A stretch of 63,759 nt of DNA, the filler included, from Choristocarpus tenellus KU-1152 (Eukaryota; Protista; Phaeophyceae): the NCBI GenBank assembly GCA_964200185.2. It is 10 parts of 10 records of this genome, joined end to end, with 100 filler letters (N's around TTAATTAATTAA, not from the genome) between each part and the next. Parts side by side here need not be neighbours in the genome. Positions count along the whole stretch, not along the records: positions 51,020 to 53,915 come from CAXNAD020023830.1; positions 54,016 to 61,074 come from CAXNAD020006771.1; positions 61,175 to 63,759 come from CAXNAD020026529.1; 7 more parts are not named here. One strand, given 5' to 3'. The number at the start of each line of letters is the position of its first letter. The stretch's first letter is position 1. Made by a program: the position numbers and the translations under genes. The notes beneath the pieces are model-generated. The model made no database searches. It saw nothing but the letters and a program-made list of their open reading frames with translations, and was not told where the DNA came from. Below, one piece after another: positions 52,113 through 63,759 of the stretch.

Positions 52113-54316
52113 CACTACTCACCACTCCACTCAACCCTGCACCACTTACCACTCCACAATCATCCAAGAACACCCCTTCATCATCCACTTCATACCGTGT
52201 CTTTGAACTAAAAAGACCTCTACCCCGCCCGAACTTGACCTGCCCTCCCTTTACCCAACATCCCAATCGGTCGCGAGAAAGCGAAGGGTGGGCGGGCGGG
52301 AGAGCTTGCTCGGAGGTTTTCTTGTTCTAGTCCCTCCTCGTCTTGTACCACCAGCCCTGGGTTTTCTTTACATACTGCCCATTCCTTCTTACCTTGTGCC
52401 TCCAACTACCAACCACTTCGTTAACTTCTCTCCTGCCTCTTCTCCCGCCTAATAACTCAATACTTAACTCTTCGTTCACCCCTTGACTACTTTTTCTTTT
52501 TCCTTCCTCACCTCTCCCTCCCCTATACCACTTATTACCATAATTCTTCCACTCACAAAACTCAGATTACTTCATAAACTTTCTATTGCCTTTTTGAACC
52601 CATGTACTTTTTCGAGTATAGGTGTAACATTCTAACTAATGGTATGATATTATCATCAACAATGATATTCATAATAATCATCCTACGTATCATCAAAATA
52701 AAAATAGTAACAATAATCACAAATATCACAACAATTTCAAAATATCTTTTAAATCGTAATGATCATAATAATCATAGTACTAAAGTAGTTCAGGTAATCG
52801 TGGTAATCATAATGATCATAAAAACAATAATAATCATGAGAAGAATCATAAAATCATCATGTCAAAGTGTGAAGGGTTGTCGCTTCTCTGCTAAAGGGGT
52901 GTTAGGTCATCAAAATCACCAGACTTCGGCTCTTCAAAATAAGGGCACAACCGACCTAGATAGATCTTGATCTCAGTCTTTCACCTTCCGTTCAGGAAAA
53001 TAAGAAAATAATAGAAATCTCAGCGCAGATGTCTCAAAATGGCTAGATAATGACGCAACAGAAATAGAGATCAGTCGGAATCAAATGAAAGTTCAACATG
53101 ACTGCCTTTCTTCCTTTTTGTTTCGATGTGGATATTTCTATGTGTATCTTATTTTTTGATGGGTCACTATTACAAGGCTCTATTGGATTAGGTGGTGCAT
53201 ACAAATGCGTATGACTGCGTGCGTTATCCACATTAAAGTGTACTGGAGATTCCAAAGGAGACCTGCCCCTGACCTCCCCCCCCCCCTAGTGTTGATTCCA
53301 TCCAACACGAACACAAAAATTGACCCACCAGGAGTTCATGTCGGACAGATCCTAGGGAGGATGAATATCTATGTTTAAAGATGGAAAGTGGGGTGAGAAA
53401 AATGGTGTAGACATGCCTGTCTCCTACATGTCCCTGGGAATCTGAGCGGATGAAGCTCAGTATCACGACAGCTTTGGTATCACCGAGTCATCCAGTCGGA
53501 GTTGTACAGGGACAGTGCCAAGAGTGATTCGAAACCCATCATCTCTTACTGTCACCTGGTTCAACATAGTGCCAGGAGCTTGAAAAACCTAAGGAGGTTC
53601 TTTGGACCCGTAAATACATCCCCATGATGTTTTGTATGGGTATTGCGAAATTTTGAAATGTTTATTTTATGAGAGTTACACATGTTCTTTACAGGTAGGG
53701 CCAACCTGTACATACTTCTCCGATTAGAGCTATGCTTCTACCCCATGAGTGTTAAAGAAGCTGGTGCTTCCCAAGTCTTATGTATGTAAATGGCTTAATT
53801 CATTCTGTTTTGGGTTAGACAGGTTGTAGATGAGGTAAAGGAGGAAGGAGGAGTGACACTTCAAGCCCAATATGGGGGCTCTTCCGCCAGGCTCAAAGTA
53901 TCTAGGGGGGGGGTGNNNNNNNNNNNNNNNNNNNNNNNNNNNNNNNNNNNNNNNNNNNNTTAATTAATTAANNNNNNNNNNNNNNNNNNNNNNNNNNNNN
54001 NNNNNNNNNNNNNNNCATTGGATTTTGGACCCCAAATGGACGCGGCTCTACCCTCTAAGATACTTTGGGTCCATGTTGGATCGATGGGGACACACATAGA
54101 CCACCCACACAGGAAAGAAATAGCCTGTTAATGGCATTATCATGATAGTCCCAACTTACAATATCCCTAATCCGGTACGATCAAAATTGTGCAAGGCTTG
54201 GAAAATGTACAGTGTATAATAAAGCTGCACTTACATGTAAAAAGCCCAAAAAATAATGAAAAAACCTGTGGATTGACGTAAAAATGTATGATACAGTGCA
54301 TAACATAGGTAATCTA

Positions 54317-57300
54317 TTACATAACGAAAAACTCGTGTGTGAAGTAGGTCACGTCTTGGGGGATAACGTCATCCACTTGGGATACGTTCGTTTGCGCTTC
54401 CTCCTGAGCACACTCCACACAGACAGTTCTTGTTTGTGTTGCATGCTGTGAAGGACCGGTGGGAAGTATACCCGTGTCGAGAGCAAAATGGCTTGAGGCA
54501 CCTGCATCCATTTTGTAGGTTGGAAAAAGCAACGATTGGGAGCATCGCAGAGGGGGACCAATCTTATAATGAGCATCATGAAGACTCAAGGTACCATAAC
54601 TGAAAAAAATAAAGAGGCAAAAATTATGATGTCTCCTTCATTAAACATTTTGCAAAATAGGAATAATTTCTGTCCAATGATAGTGTACCCCGCTAACCAA
54701 CATTCACCAGTAGGGTCATCGCAATACATTGTGGCACCTGGACTCAAGACTCCATCCAAGCAACTTCCACATTTTCTGCGGTCCACTATAACAAACATTA
54801 CTCCAGCCTGGTATCAATACTGTGGTACTGCGATTCTTAACATCTGTATATGAGTGAATCAGATACCTGGGGAAGGATGTACCCCAAAGCATACAGTAGT
54901 ACTAGGTTAGAATGCTGGGTTCCACAAAAGGAAGTCTGACTATTGTTGTGCGTAATTGATATATAACCTTCAAGTGCACAGAGGAAACACCGCTGTCGCA
55001 CTTCTTTCACTTCTTCAAACAAAGGTTAGGTTTAGGGTTAGGTTTTAGAAATGCGTGCGAAAAAAGGTAAAACAGTATCAGTTTCAGCGGTGGTTCCTGA
55101 AGACAGGGGGGGGTTCCCTTATGCACTCCGACATCCACGAAAGTACCTGCTGTGGTACCAGAACTAAAAACTGAGATAAACTCAACCGAAGTATTCGCTT
55201 TCCATAACTGAGAGTGATCTCCATTTGACTAAAAATATCTGGGGTGGTGGTGGTGGCTGTCCATTTGGGGCCTACTTTTCCATGTTGCGGTTTTGGGTGA
55301 TCTGATTGCATGCATCAGATGGATAATGTAAGCACACATTTCCTGGTCAGGGCCCTAATGGACACTCTGGAGTAGACCCCCCCCCCCCCAGATACTTTGA
55401 ACCTTTTGATTGCACACCTTCAGCCAAATTTGACTACAACAGTCACAGCCTGATTTTTCCCACAGGAGAGGAGTTGGACAGAAATAAAGAATAAAGTTAC
55501 GTGGGAGCATCATTTGTTCTTTGTAGCATCTTCCTTATGAGTGATTGTTGTAAAACTGTTGGTCTCTGCGATAACACACTAAGAACAACTAAATACAACG
55601 ATTGACCTAGTTCCCTGCAACACTACCACCGTTGGTTTGCTTAAGAATAGTAGGCATTCCCATGGCATGACAAGGAGAACAAAGACATTATATCATGTTA
55701 TAAAGTACCCTTAACCATCTTAGTACATCTGACATGAGAGATCCAAATGGTGTTGTTGAACCATCTTACTGGACTCACAGCAAGAGGACAAGATCTTTTT
55801 GGGAAAGCTGAAAACAGAGTGATCAGATGGAAGCATCAAATTGACCATAAAATTTTTCCTCTCCAGTACATTCATAGTCCAACCCCATTTCTGTTGCAGA
55901 AGGAGATGTTTCGAAGTACTGTACACACTAAATGTTGCTATTAGTGTACATGAAGTAGTAATTATGTACGTAACAAGATAAAATGCGTAGAATGGTAGAG
56001 TAGTGATGGATCGGAATATTAGAATTATAGGAATGTATAAGTTGGTGATCTACCAAAATTGCATGAAAGCGTGAATAAGAAGATTAGGAACTACCCCCCT
56101 CCCTATGGACAGGACTCCCTCTTTGCTGTAACTTAAGAACGCACATTCTATATCATCATCTTCTTGGTGAAGCAGTACACTCTTTGGTAGCGTGCGAACA
56201 CATTCTAAAACGAGCCATCTTCCGTATAGTGCACTACAGACCAGGAAGTACTGCGTGAACTGCTTGATTTGAAAAAGCAGCAAAAGGAAGAGTCATGGCT
56301 TTGGGGGGCGACCGAAACATGGAGGCAGAAATCTAGGCAGGTTGTTGGATCGAGAGTAGCAGAGGGGGTCAAGGAACAGCTAGGGGAGCGTGCGACCTTG
56401 TCTGAAGCTAAGGCTGTGGAAGCTGCATTAGCCCAGCAAGGAGGGCAGGCTCCAGTAGGGTGGCCAGTACAACAGGAGCAGCAGGTACAACAGCAACCCC
56501 TGCAGAGGAGCAGGGATTCAACATACAGATTGGAGGTACTCCTGTAGAACGGAGAGACCGATGAATGGGTAGCATGGAAAACTCGATTTCATACTCTTAT
56601 ATTGGCGAGCAGGACATCTCTCACACGTTCAGCAGGGAGCTGGACCATTTGCAGGAAGGAGCAGACCGAGAGAGCGAGGATGATTGGGACACCTTTAACA
56701 GGGGATGGATGACCCTTCTGAATGGATGCAAGGGGATAGTGTTGGAAATCGTGATGGGGCACAAGACACCAAGAAGTGCAATGGACACCTTGCACGACTA
56801 TTTCAAACCACATACCTTGGATGAAAGACTCAGGGTTTGGGATGAGTTCAGATCAAGTCGACTTGGACGAGGAGAGGAGCCCCAACCTTCCTCCATCCCT
56901 AACCCTGGGTCTTTCATCCAAGGTACGAGGTTCATAGTAACCGTGTAAGGCTTCCATTGCGCTCCTTGCAGTCTTACGTGTCACCTGTCCATGAGGATGG
57001 CCAAGGCGTTGGTGAAAAACTCCTTGATATCAACCCGGACCTTCAACGTGACCACTAATCCAGTTGAGGCTTCTTGAGGTAGAACCTGATACATGTACCT
57101 TGTGTAGAAGCCATTCACCACTGGTACCACGAGATCATCCAGGCCATTGTTTCCCTAAATTGGCAACGTGTCGGTCTTGACAATACTAAATCGCCCTGAC
57201 ATCTCACGGATGGTTCGAACTGAACACAGGTTGCATGCTAGCGTGGGCACCACAACAACCTTTTTCATGGTCACACTGTACACCACTTCCTCTTCCACTG

Positions 57301-60300
57301 ATGTCAGCACCATCTCTATCCAGCCCCATTGCGTTCCTTTCCATCTCTGAAAACCACCTTGTCTCCATTGCTATTTTTCATACCATTCCTGGACCTGCTG
57401 CCACAATCCTCTGGCAGTTCGATGCAAATGTCCTCCTTGACATCCGCCTGCACAACAGCCTGTCCTACACCAGCATGTCGTAGCTCAAGGTCCTCAAATA
57501 AAGTGATTGCCATCACCAACCGTGAGGTGCTTGTCGAGGGAGTAGGCGCAATTTTCTCAAGGTGTAGTCCAGGAAACTTTAGAGGGTATTCACTGATTTG
57601 AGTGAACCTAAGCCATTGCGTAGCCTTGGGGGCTGCTATTGTTCCATGATCTTCGTCGACGATTGCACCAACACAAAATGGATGCGATTCCTGGTCACAA
57701 AGGACGGTGCCGCAATGCACTGGCAGATTTCATCTTGGACGTGGTTGCACCAAGAGGAATGCAGATTGGATGTATTTGGAGCGATGAGGGAAGAGAATTC
57801 GTTAGCGCGAGTTACCAAGCAGTAATGAGAAAGCGCAGCATATGTTGGGAGTATACTGGTACACTCACCCCAGAGTACAATGGTGAAGCAAAACTAGCAT
57901 TGGACCTGATTGCTGAGAAAGCAATGGTGATGATGGTTTGTACAGGACTTCAAGGCTGACTCAATTTGTGGGCTGAAGCTCAGAATCATGCTTGTGATCT
58001 GAGCAATATTTGTGTCACTCAGGCCAATGAGGATTGGATTTCTCCATACGAGCTCTGGTATGGTGAACTGGGGGAGTTACAAGACTTGCTAAGCTTTGGG
58101 ACTGTGGGATACATGCAGTGGACCAAATGAAAGCACAAACTAGATGTGCAAGGATCCAAATGCTTACTGATAGGGTTCGCTGAGCATCACCCAAGGGGTT
58201 TCTGGCGAGTTCTCCAAAGGAGGTCCAACCAGTTGTTGACTAGACAGTCTGTGACATGGTTTGCACTTCCCCCTGTAATGTTTCAGGATGATGGGGAGAT
58301 TATAGGCAAGGACCCTGGCCTGTTGTTGGATTTCGCTAGGATGTCATTTAAAGGGTTAGGGACTGATACTGAGCCAGCTGTGCGTGGGGAGGACTCTCAA
58401 GAGTCAGTGCAGCAAGGGAAGGGGTCGTGCAATATCCTGCGAAGTCGAATGCTGCACAGGCTATAGATGATTTTATCCCTAAACCAAACTCTAACCCATC
58501 TGAATTTGTATGTTCAACAAGGACTCAGCAGAGGGCCATCAGGAGAGGAGACCCAACCTTACGTGCTGAAGCTCTGTCGACTTGTAATGGGATTAACCGC
58601 AATGGGCCAGAAAAGCGTCGGCTTGATCAGAACTCATCCTGAACCCTGAGTGGTTCGAGATCTCAAAGAGTACAATGTGGCTGGATCTACAAACCAGACA
58701 TCAGTCCGAGAAGGACTTGTGTATGGAGCTGGACCCATCTACTCCATACGTTCCATACAGGGAAACAGTAGGGTCATTAATCAATCTAGTTAGTGACCAT
58801 GACCAGGCCTGATATCGCTAACGCGGTAATGACAGTTGCCCAATATAGCGGCAACCCGGAGCAGAGGCATTGGGAAGCTGTTAACAGATTTTGGGGTATG
58901 TGAGCCAGACGAGGGGGAATGGTATCACATACGACGGAAAGCTGGAAAAACAACTGGAGGCGTTTGCTGATGCGGACTATTCATCTTATCTGGACCATTG
59001 GAGGTCTGTATCTGGGGGGCTACTCACCATTGGAGGTGTAGCATTATCATGGTTTTCTAGGATGCAGAAGGTGGTGGCTCTGTTTATGACAGGACACACG
59101 GCATATGAGTATGTGGCATTAAGCACCACGGCCAAGGAAGTGCTCTTCTTGAGACAGGTACTGGAGTTTGTAAACCTTGAGAGGATCACTACGTGCACCT
59201 TGATGTATGAGGACAATGAGGGAGCTGCGCAGCTATCGGGAAACCCAATCAATGGACTTATGACAAAGCATATTGATGTATGCCACTATTTCCATAGGCA
59301 GTTGGATGGGGACAATCATAGAAGCTGTGCATGTGGGATCTGAGGAGCAACATGCAGATTTTCTCACCAAGTCTCTCAATTGTGACGGTTTCGTGTATCA
59401 TGTGAGGGTCGTAATGAATTTCTGATGATTTGATTTTTCAGGATGATGAGCGTGAGGGTTTGAAGTGAAGCTAGGGTAAACGTAGGATCAGTGTTGCGTT
59501 GTGATGGAACATTGTGAGTGCGCAGTAGGAGAGGATGTTCGCACAAGGAGCTGTTTCGAAGCACTGTAAACACTAAATGTTGCTATTAGTGTACATGAAG
59601 TAGCAATTGAGTACACGGCAAGATAAGGTGGGTAGAACAGTAGAACAGTAGATTGGTGATGAAACGGGATATTGGAATAAATAGTGATGTAAAAAACATA
59701 CAATATAGGAAATGAATCAGTTGGTGATCTACCGAACAGGGTGAAAACGCGAATATGGAAAATAGCAACAACTAACCCCCTACGGAAAGGACTCACTCTT
59801 CACTGCAACTTGATAAAGCACATCCTACATCATCTTGTTCTTGGTGAAGCAGCACACTCTTTTGAAGCGTGCGAACAACTTCAACTCCACAGCCTCTTCA
59901 ATTGAAATCATCCAGATCCAGTTTCTTCTCACATGCAGCACCAATGCCTGACCCTTCTGATTGACTTGAACCGCTTCTGACACACATGGCAAAAATCCGC
60001 CTCTCTCAGGTTTCCACCCTGCTGACTGCTTTTCCTCCTAAAAGAGCAAACGGATAACAAAATCCCCCTCAATTGCTGCTGTCAACAAAAGGTATCATAA
60101 ATTAAAATTGAGCAAATAGAGGGCAGACAGGAATAACCGCTGGGTTTCATGCAAGCCAAACGAAATTACCACCCTTAAGAAAAGAAGAAATGACCAATAA
60201 AGAGTCAAGATACCCTCCAATCTCCATCTCACACCGTTTGATGTTAAAAATATATGTATGTAGCAAGAATGTCACGCTTTGACAAGGTTGAAATACTACA

Positions 60301-61014
60301 CAACATTTCATGAGGCCACATAAATAGTTGCACGGGATTCAATATCATTTCTGATGCAGGAAGATAATTGTCAATTACTACACCATCCAGTGCATTCGGC
60401 TCCCTCAAGTAGTACTTCAAATCTCAGCATATAGGAGTCCTGTACTTGACGTATGGTACCTGAATCACAGTTCTTTGACAATACAGCGATTAGAAAGTAC
60501 TCTTATTAGAAGTACTGCACACATAGGAGCTACTAAACTTGGAAGTACTCTTATTAAAAGTACTGTATTTGAAGCACCATACTATTGACAGTACAGTGCT
60601 TGGGAGTATCATATTCTCAAGGACCATAGTACTCTCAACTACTAAAATTCCAATTACCATCCTCTACCTCTAAAGTACTCTGCATGCAAAGTCTATCCAA
60701 AACAGAACCACTTCCTCTCTCCTGTACCCGAAGACAATTCACCCATAACACAGCACACAACGCACACAAATGCTGTCGATAGTACCTCCCACTAAAAAAA
60801 AACTTACCAGAACCTCTCTCCCCAATCACCACACGCACCTCATATACCTCCTCAAGTTCACCACGTTTGAAGAAGCCTCTTCCGCTTCATTTTCAACCTC
60901 CCTCGCAGAACCAAGCTGCTCCTCAGCACCAGCACCCCTTTCAGGACCATCTAGAGCGATCATGAACCTTGATCTGATTAGACCCCCCTGCATGCCTTCG
61001 GCTTGCCCTGTCAC
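54317..61014 (-). CDS. Partial multi-exon gene with Cys-rich, FYVE-like zinc-finger segments; hosts the Copia element in an intron
   Basis: Exon 61014-60848 splices in phase to 60037-59933 (RKSSQQGGNLREADFCHVCQKRFKSIRRVRHWCC). Downstream exons ~55012-54968, ~54786-54708 and ~54501-54390 join in phase (EVRQRCFLCALE-VDRRKCGSCLDG...-TVCVECAQEE). The link between the two groups is unresolved. Confidence 0.55.
55227..55403. mobile_element. MITE family B, complete
   Basis: gactaaaaatatctgggg ... ccccagatactttgaacc; TSD TTT/TTT. Confidence 0.88.
55892..59877 (+). mobile_element. Ty1/Copia LTR retrotransposon, degenerate and internally rearranged
   Basis: LTRs 55892-56200 and 59536-59877 (TGTTCGCAC...GTGCGAACA); TSD ATTTC/ACTTC; PPT agtaggagagga. 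gag 56565-56880; integrase MIFVDDCTN...WSDEGREF...TPEYNGEAK (57590-58270); RT/RNase H FADADY...WFSRMQKVVAL...YEDNEGA...TKHIDVCHYF (58770-59420). Confidence 0.93.
60405..60636. repeat. Degenerate intronic repeat rich in the palindrome AGTACT
   Basis: aagtactcttatta occurs twice, with many further agtac motifs. Confidence 0.55.
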
Positions 61015-61619
61015 CTGGGACCGTTCGTGACCAACACATCCCACCCACCCTGCATCAACACTCCCACTAAGTACNNNNNNNNNNNNNNNNNNNNNNNNNN
61101 NNNNNNNNNNNNNNNNNNTTAATTAATTAANNNNNNNNNNNNNNNNNNNNNNNNNNNNNNNNNNNNNNNNNNNNCTACAGACACCAAGCAATCTCGCCGG
61201 GTTTATCACCTTTATCCTCTTTGAAGATTTTGGGGATACTTTAACAGAAGAGGGGATAGGTATGCCAATATGTTGTCGACTGCTTCACCTCCGTCCTCCA
61301 ACCAAGAGGATCTTACAGATAGGATGGAAAGGATATAAGGGTTCATCGACTCTTATTTTGGTGAATCTGATCGTTATTCTCTATGACTGTCTTCTTTTGT
61401 GTTTGTCTTTCTAATTGTTTTATTTTAGTTTGTCCCCCATGTCTTGTGTATTTTGGTGCATACCCACAGTAGTCAAGTGACAGCTGTGATGTGGTATGCA
61501 GACTGACTTTAGATAGAAGAGCTAGTAAAGACAGGGAGAGGTTTTCCTCGTGTTTGTGTGTATGGTATTTCAGTAATACGTGAATTGTTAAGTACTACTA
61601 TTTCCAAGGATTCACTTTA

Positions 61620-62125
61620 GGCGTTACACTAGGGATATTTCCAGGATCGTGGGAGACGCATTTTGATATGGCTAAGGACCCACAGTAGAAAACACCCCAG
61701 AATGTGTTCGTAGAGATTGTGATAGGATAGGTAGGAAGTGACAGTTCCACCATATTTCTTTGTTCCAAAGATTTGTAGTGGTGATGTACTAGGGAAGTTT
61801 CGTTGATCGTAAGAGACGCTGGATGTATTGCGAAGGACCTTGCCATTTCATGGATTGTGGGAGACGCAATGGGACATCACTAAGGACTTCTTGCAGGAGA
61901 AAGTACCCCATAATGTTTCCACTGGAGGCTACAATAGGGAGGTAGATATGAGGTAGGATCTGTTTTCCAGTGATCTGCAGTAGTGATGTACTAGGGAGAT
62001 TTCGTTGATTGTAGGAGACGCTGGATGTATTGCTAAGGACCCTGCCATTTCATGGATTGTGGGAGACGCAATGTGACATCGCTAAGGACTTGCAGGAGAA
62101 AGTACCCCATCACTGGAGGCTGCAG
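61620..62125. repeat. ~202-bp tandem duplication with shorter internal subrepeats
   Basis: gtgatgtactaggga...gagacgctggatgtattgc...tgcaggagaaagtacccca at ~61780 and ~61983. Confidence 0.85.
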
Positions 62126-62959
62126 TAGGACAAAGGTTTAGATTGATGACTGATTTTTTGCACCTACACAGACCCAATATCAACATTGATATTAGGGTAT
62201 ATTTATTGCATGGTTTTTGAGAGAGTTAGCGAAAGTTTGTTTCTTTCTCCAAGTTTGAGAAAAGTAGAATCTCAGGGTGCAGAGTGTCTGCGCAGCAAGG
62301 GAGAGTGTTCGTAGATAGTGCTGCTGATACACTATAGACACCATCGGTGGAGTAAATTTGGAAAGATAAACACCACCAGTGGAGTAATGGAGTAATGGAG
62401 AAATGAGGGAAAAGTAGTTACAGATAAATGTTTCGTTGTATCTTAGTTGAAGTCTGCACATATCGTATATGATGCAGTGAATATATTCTTGTCTAATTGC
62501 AATATTCTATTCTCATTATCCATGTGGACGTTGCAAACCCCTCATGGCAATCAACATTGGTCTTACCCACGTTCTCAGTCAGTGGAATCGAGACCACAAG
62601 ACCCCTATAATATTAACCTTACTCATCTACATCAAGCTGCTCTTTGCCCTTCATTAAAGCACCATAAAAGCCGCGGGTCCATTGTGGGATAGTTCAACAT
62701 CCCCCCATCTACTCTATGGTGTCAGAAATCGTGCAACAGACAGCTGACTGTGGGCGCGTGAAAATATTCGAACCATGACTGCGAAACGCAAGAGCAGAGT
62801 AGTTTATGGAGTTGTCTTTTTGCGACGGGTCTGGGCTTGTGGGTGTGATGAAATTGGGCTCCAAGACACAAGATAAGTTGGGATTTCTTACCTCCAACTG
62901 CCTGAGCCCTAATACGAGTTTTTCTTCAATGGGGGAGAAGATGGAAAGGGTAAACGTAG

Positions 62960-63500
62960 AACGGGTTAGACACTGAAGGAATCAATGTTGCGGTAGGCCA
63001 CCCATGAAGTAAATTACCTTGATGAAGTGGATGATGAATGTCCGGCAATGATACCAAAGTAATTCTATTGGGCTTTCCTTTTTGTGGAGTACATCCCACC
63101 AGGAGAGGCCTTAGAACCAACCAAGGATACTTTCTGGGAGAAGTTCCACACTTTGATTTCCCCCGAAATTATTATCTCTTTTATTATGATTGGCGTAAAT
63201 TATTGCACCAGAAAGAAAAGCAAGGGAAGGGAGATCTCGACAGGAGGATTTCCTAGGGAATGTGGAGGAGATATATGTTGAATCACAAATGGTGAGCACC
63301 TGTTGATGTTTGAAGCAATGAGCAGATTTCCATCTGTCAACATATTTCTAGTGTATCCAAGGGAAACGGGTCCCATACATGTTTGGACTATCAAGGGAAA
63401 ATGGGGTTCTTTACACTTAAGCCAATCGCCACCTCATTCGGAATTTGAGAGTGCACACAGTCTTAACAATGAATCGGATCACCATATCGATCACTATTGA
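62960..63500 (+). mobile_element. Degenerate AP-endonuclease of a non-LTR retrotransposon (RTE-like LINE)
   Basis: YIPPGEALEPTKDTFWEKFHTLI...IMIGVN...TNGEHLLMF...VNIFL...ESDHH follows the APE motif order YAP, (G)D.N, N.NG..L, NTFF, SDH, with stops and frameshifts. Confidence 0.7.
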
Positions 63501-63759
63501 CGCCGTCCTTGATGTTTTACCTCCAATCGCTAGGTACGATCACACAAGGAGATTCTTCGAAACGGTGCAATACATCTAGAGTAAGGAGTTGGTAGATGGG
63601 AAGCACAGAAAGAAAGTAGTACAATATTTGATAGTGAAGTAACTGATAGATTAGTGCTTTCTACACTTGCAGTGTTTTATAGTGTTATCACGTTTAGTAT
63701 ATTTTATTTCTTTAGGGCTAATAACGACATATATGTATAGTTTTCACTGGTTTCCCCCC

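Noticed and set aside
52602-52970. Ile-rich 122-aa membrane-like ORF
   Set aside because: Translation of degenerate (ATC/ATA/AAT) low-complexity sequence.
13561-61174. Recurring TTAATTAATTAA palindrome flanked by Ns
   Set aside because: Artificial six-frame stop linker used to concatenate contigs; ORFs ending in 'LIN' are artefacts of it.

Overview
Eukaryotic, intron-rich and TE-rich genomic DNA. The ISWI exons, intron style and Copia types suggest a stramenopile alga, probably brown-algal; this is inference. The window is not one continuous locus: ten contigs are joined by nine artificial 100-bp spacers (N44-TTAATTAATTAA-N44), so adjacency across spacers means nothing. Recognisable host genes: four exons of an ISWI/SNF2 chromatin remodeller, the last exon of a pyrimidine 5'-nucleotidase (NT5C3-like), a tRNA-Ala(AGC), an intronless secreted cationic Cys-rich protein (39166-39561), and several multi-exon genes of unknown function, one with a FYVE-like zinc finger. 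Mobile DNA: three degenerate Ty1/Copia elements (one internally scrambled), a solo LTR, an RTE-like LINE endonuclease remnant, and about 16 copies of three MITE families that share one terminal inverted repeat (GRSYCAAAGTA) and mostly 3-bp target duplications. Best leads: the MITE trio, the secreted Cys-rich gene between two inverted copies of an unclassified ~1-kb repeat, the scrambled Copia with a gag fold-back, telomere-repeat cassettes starting at a splice donor, and a perfect hairpin with pseudoknot potential near 20 kb. No prokaryote-type system (CRISPR, defence operon) is supported.
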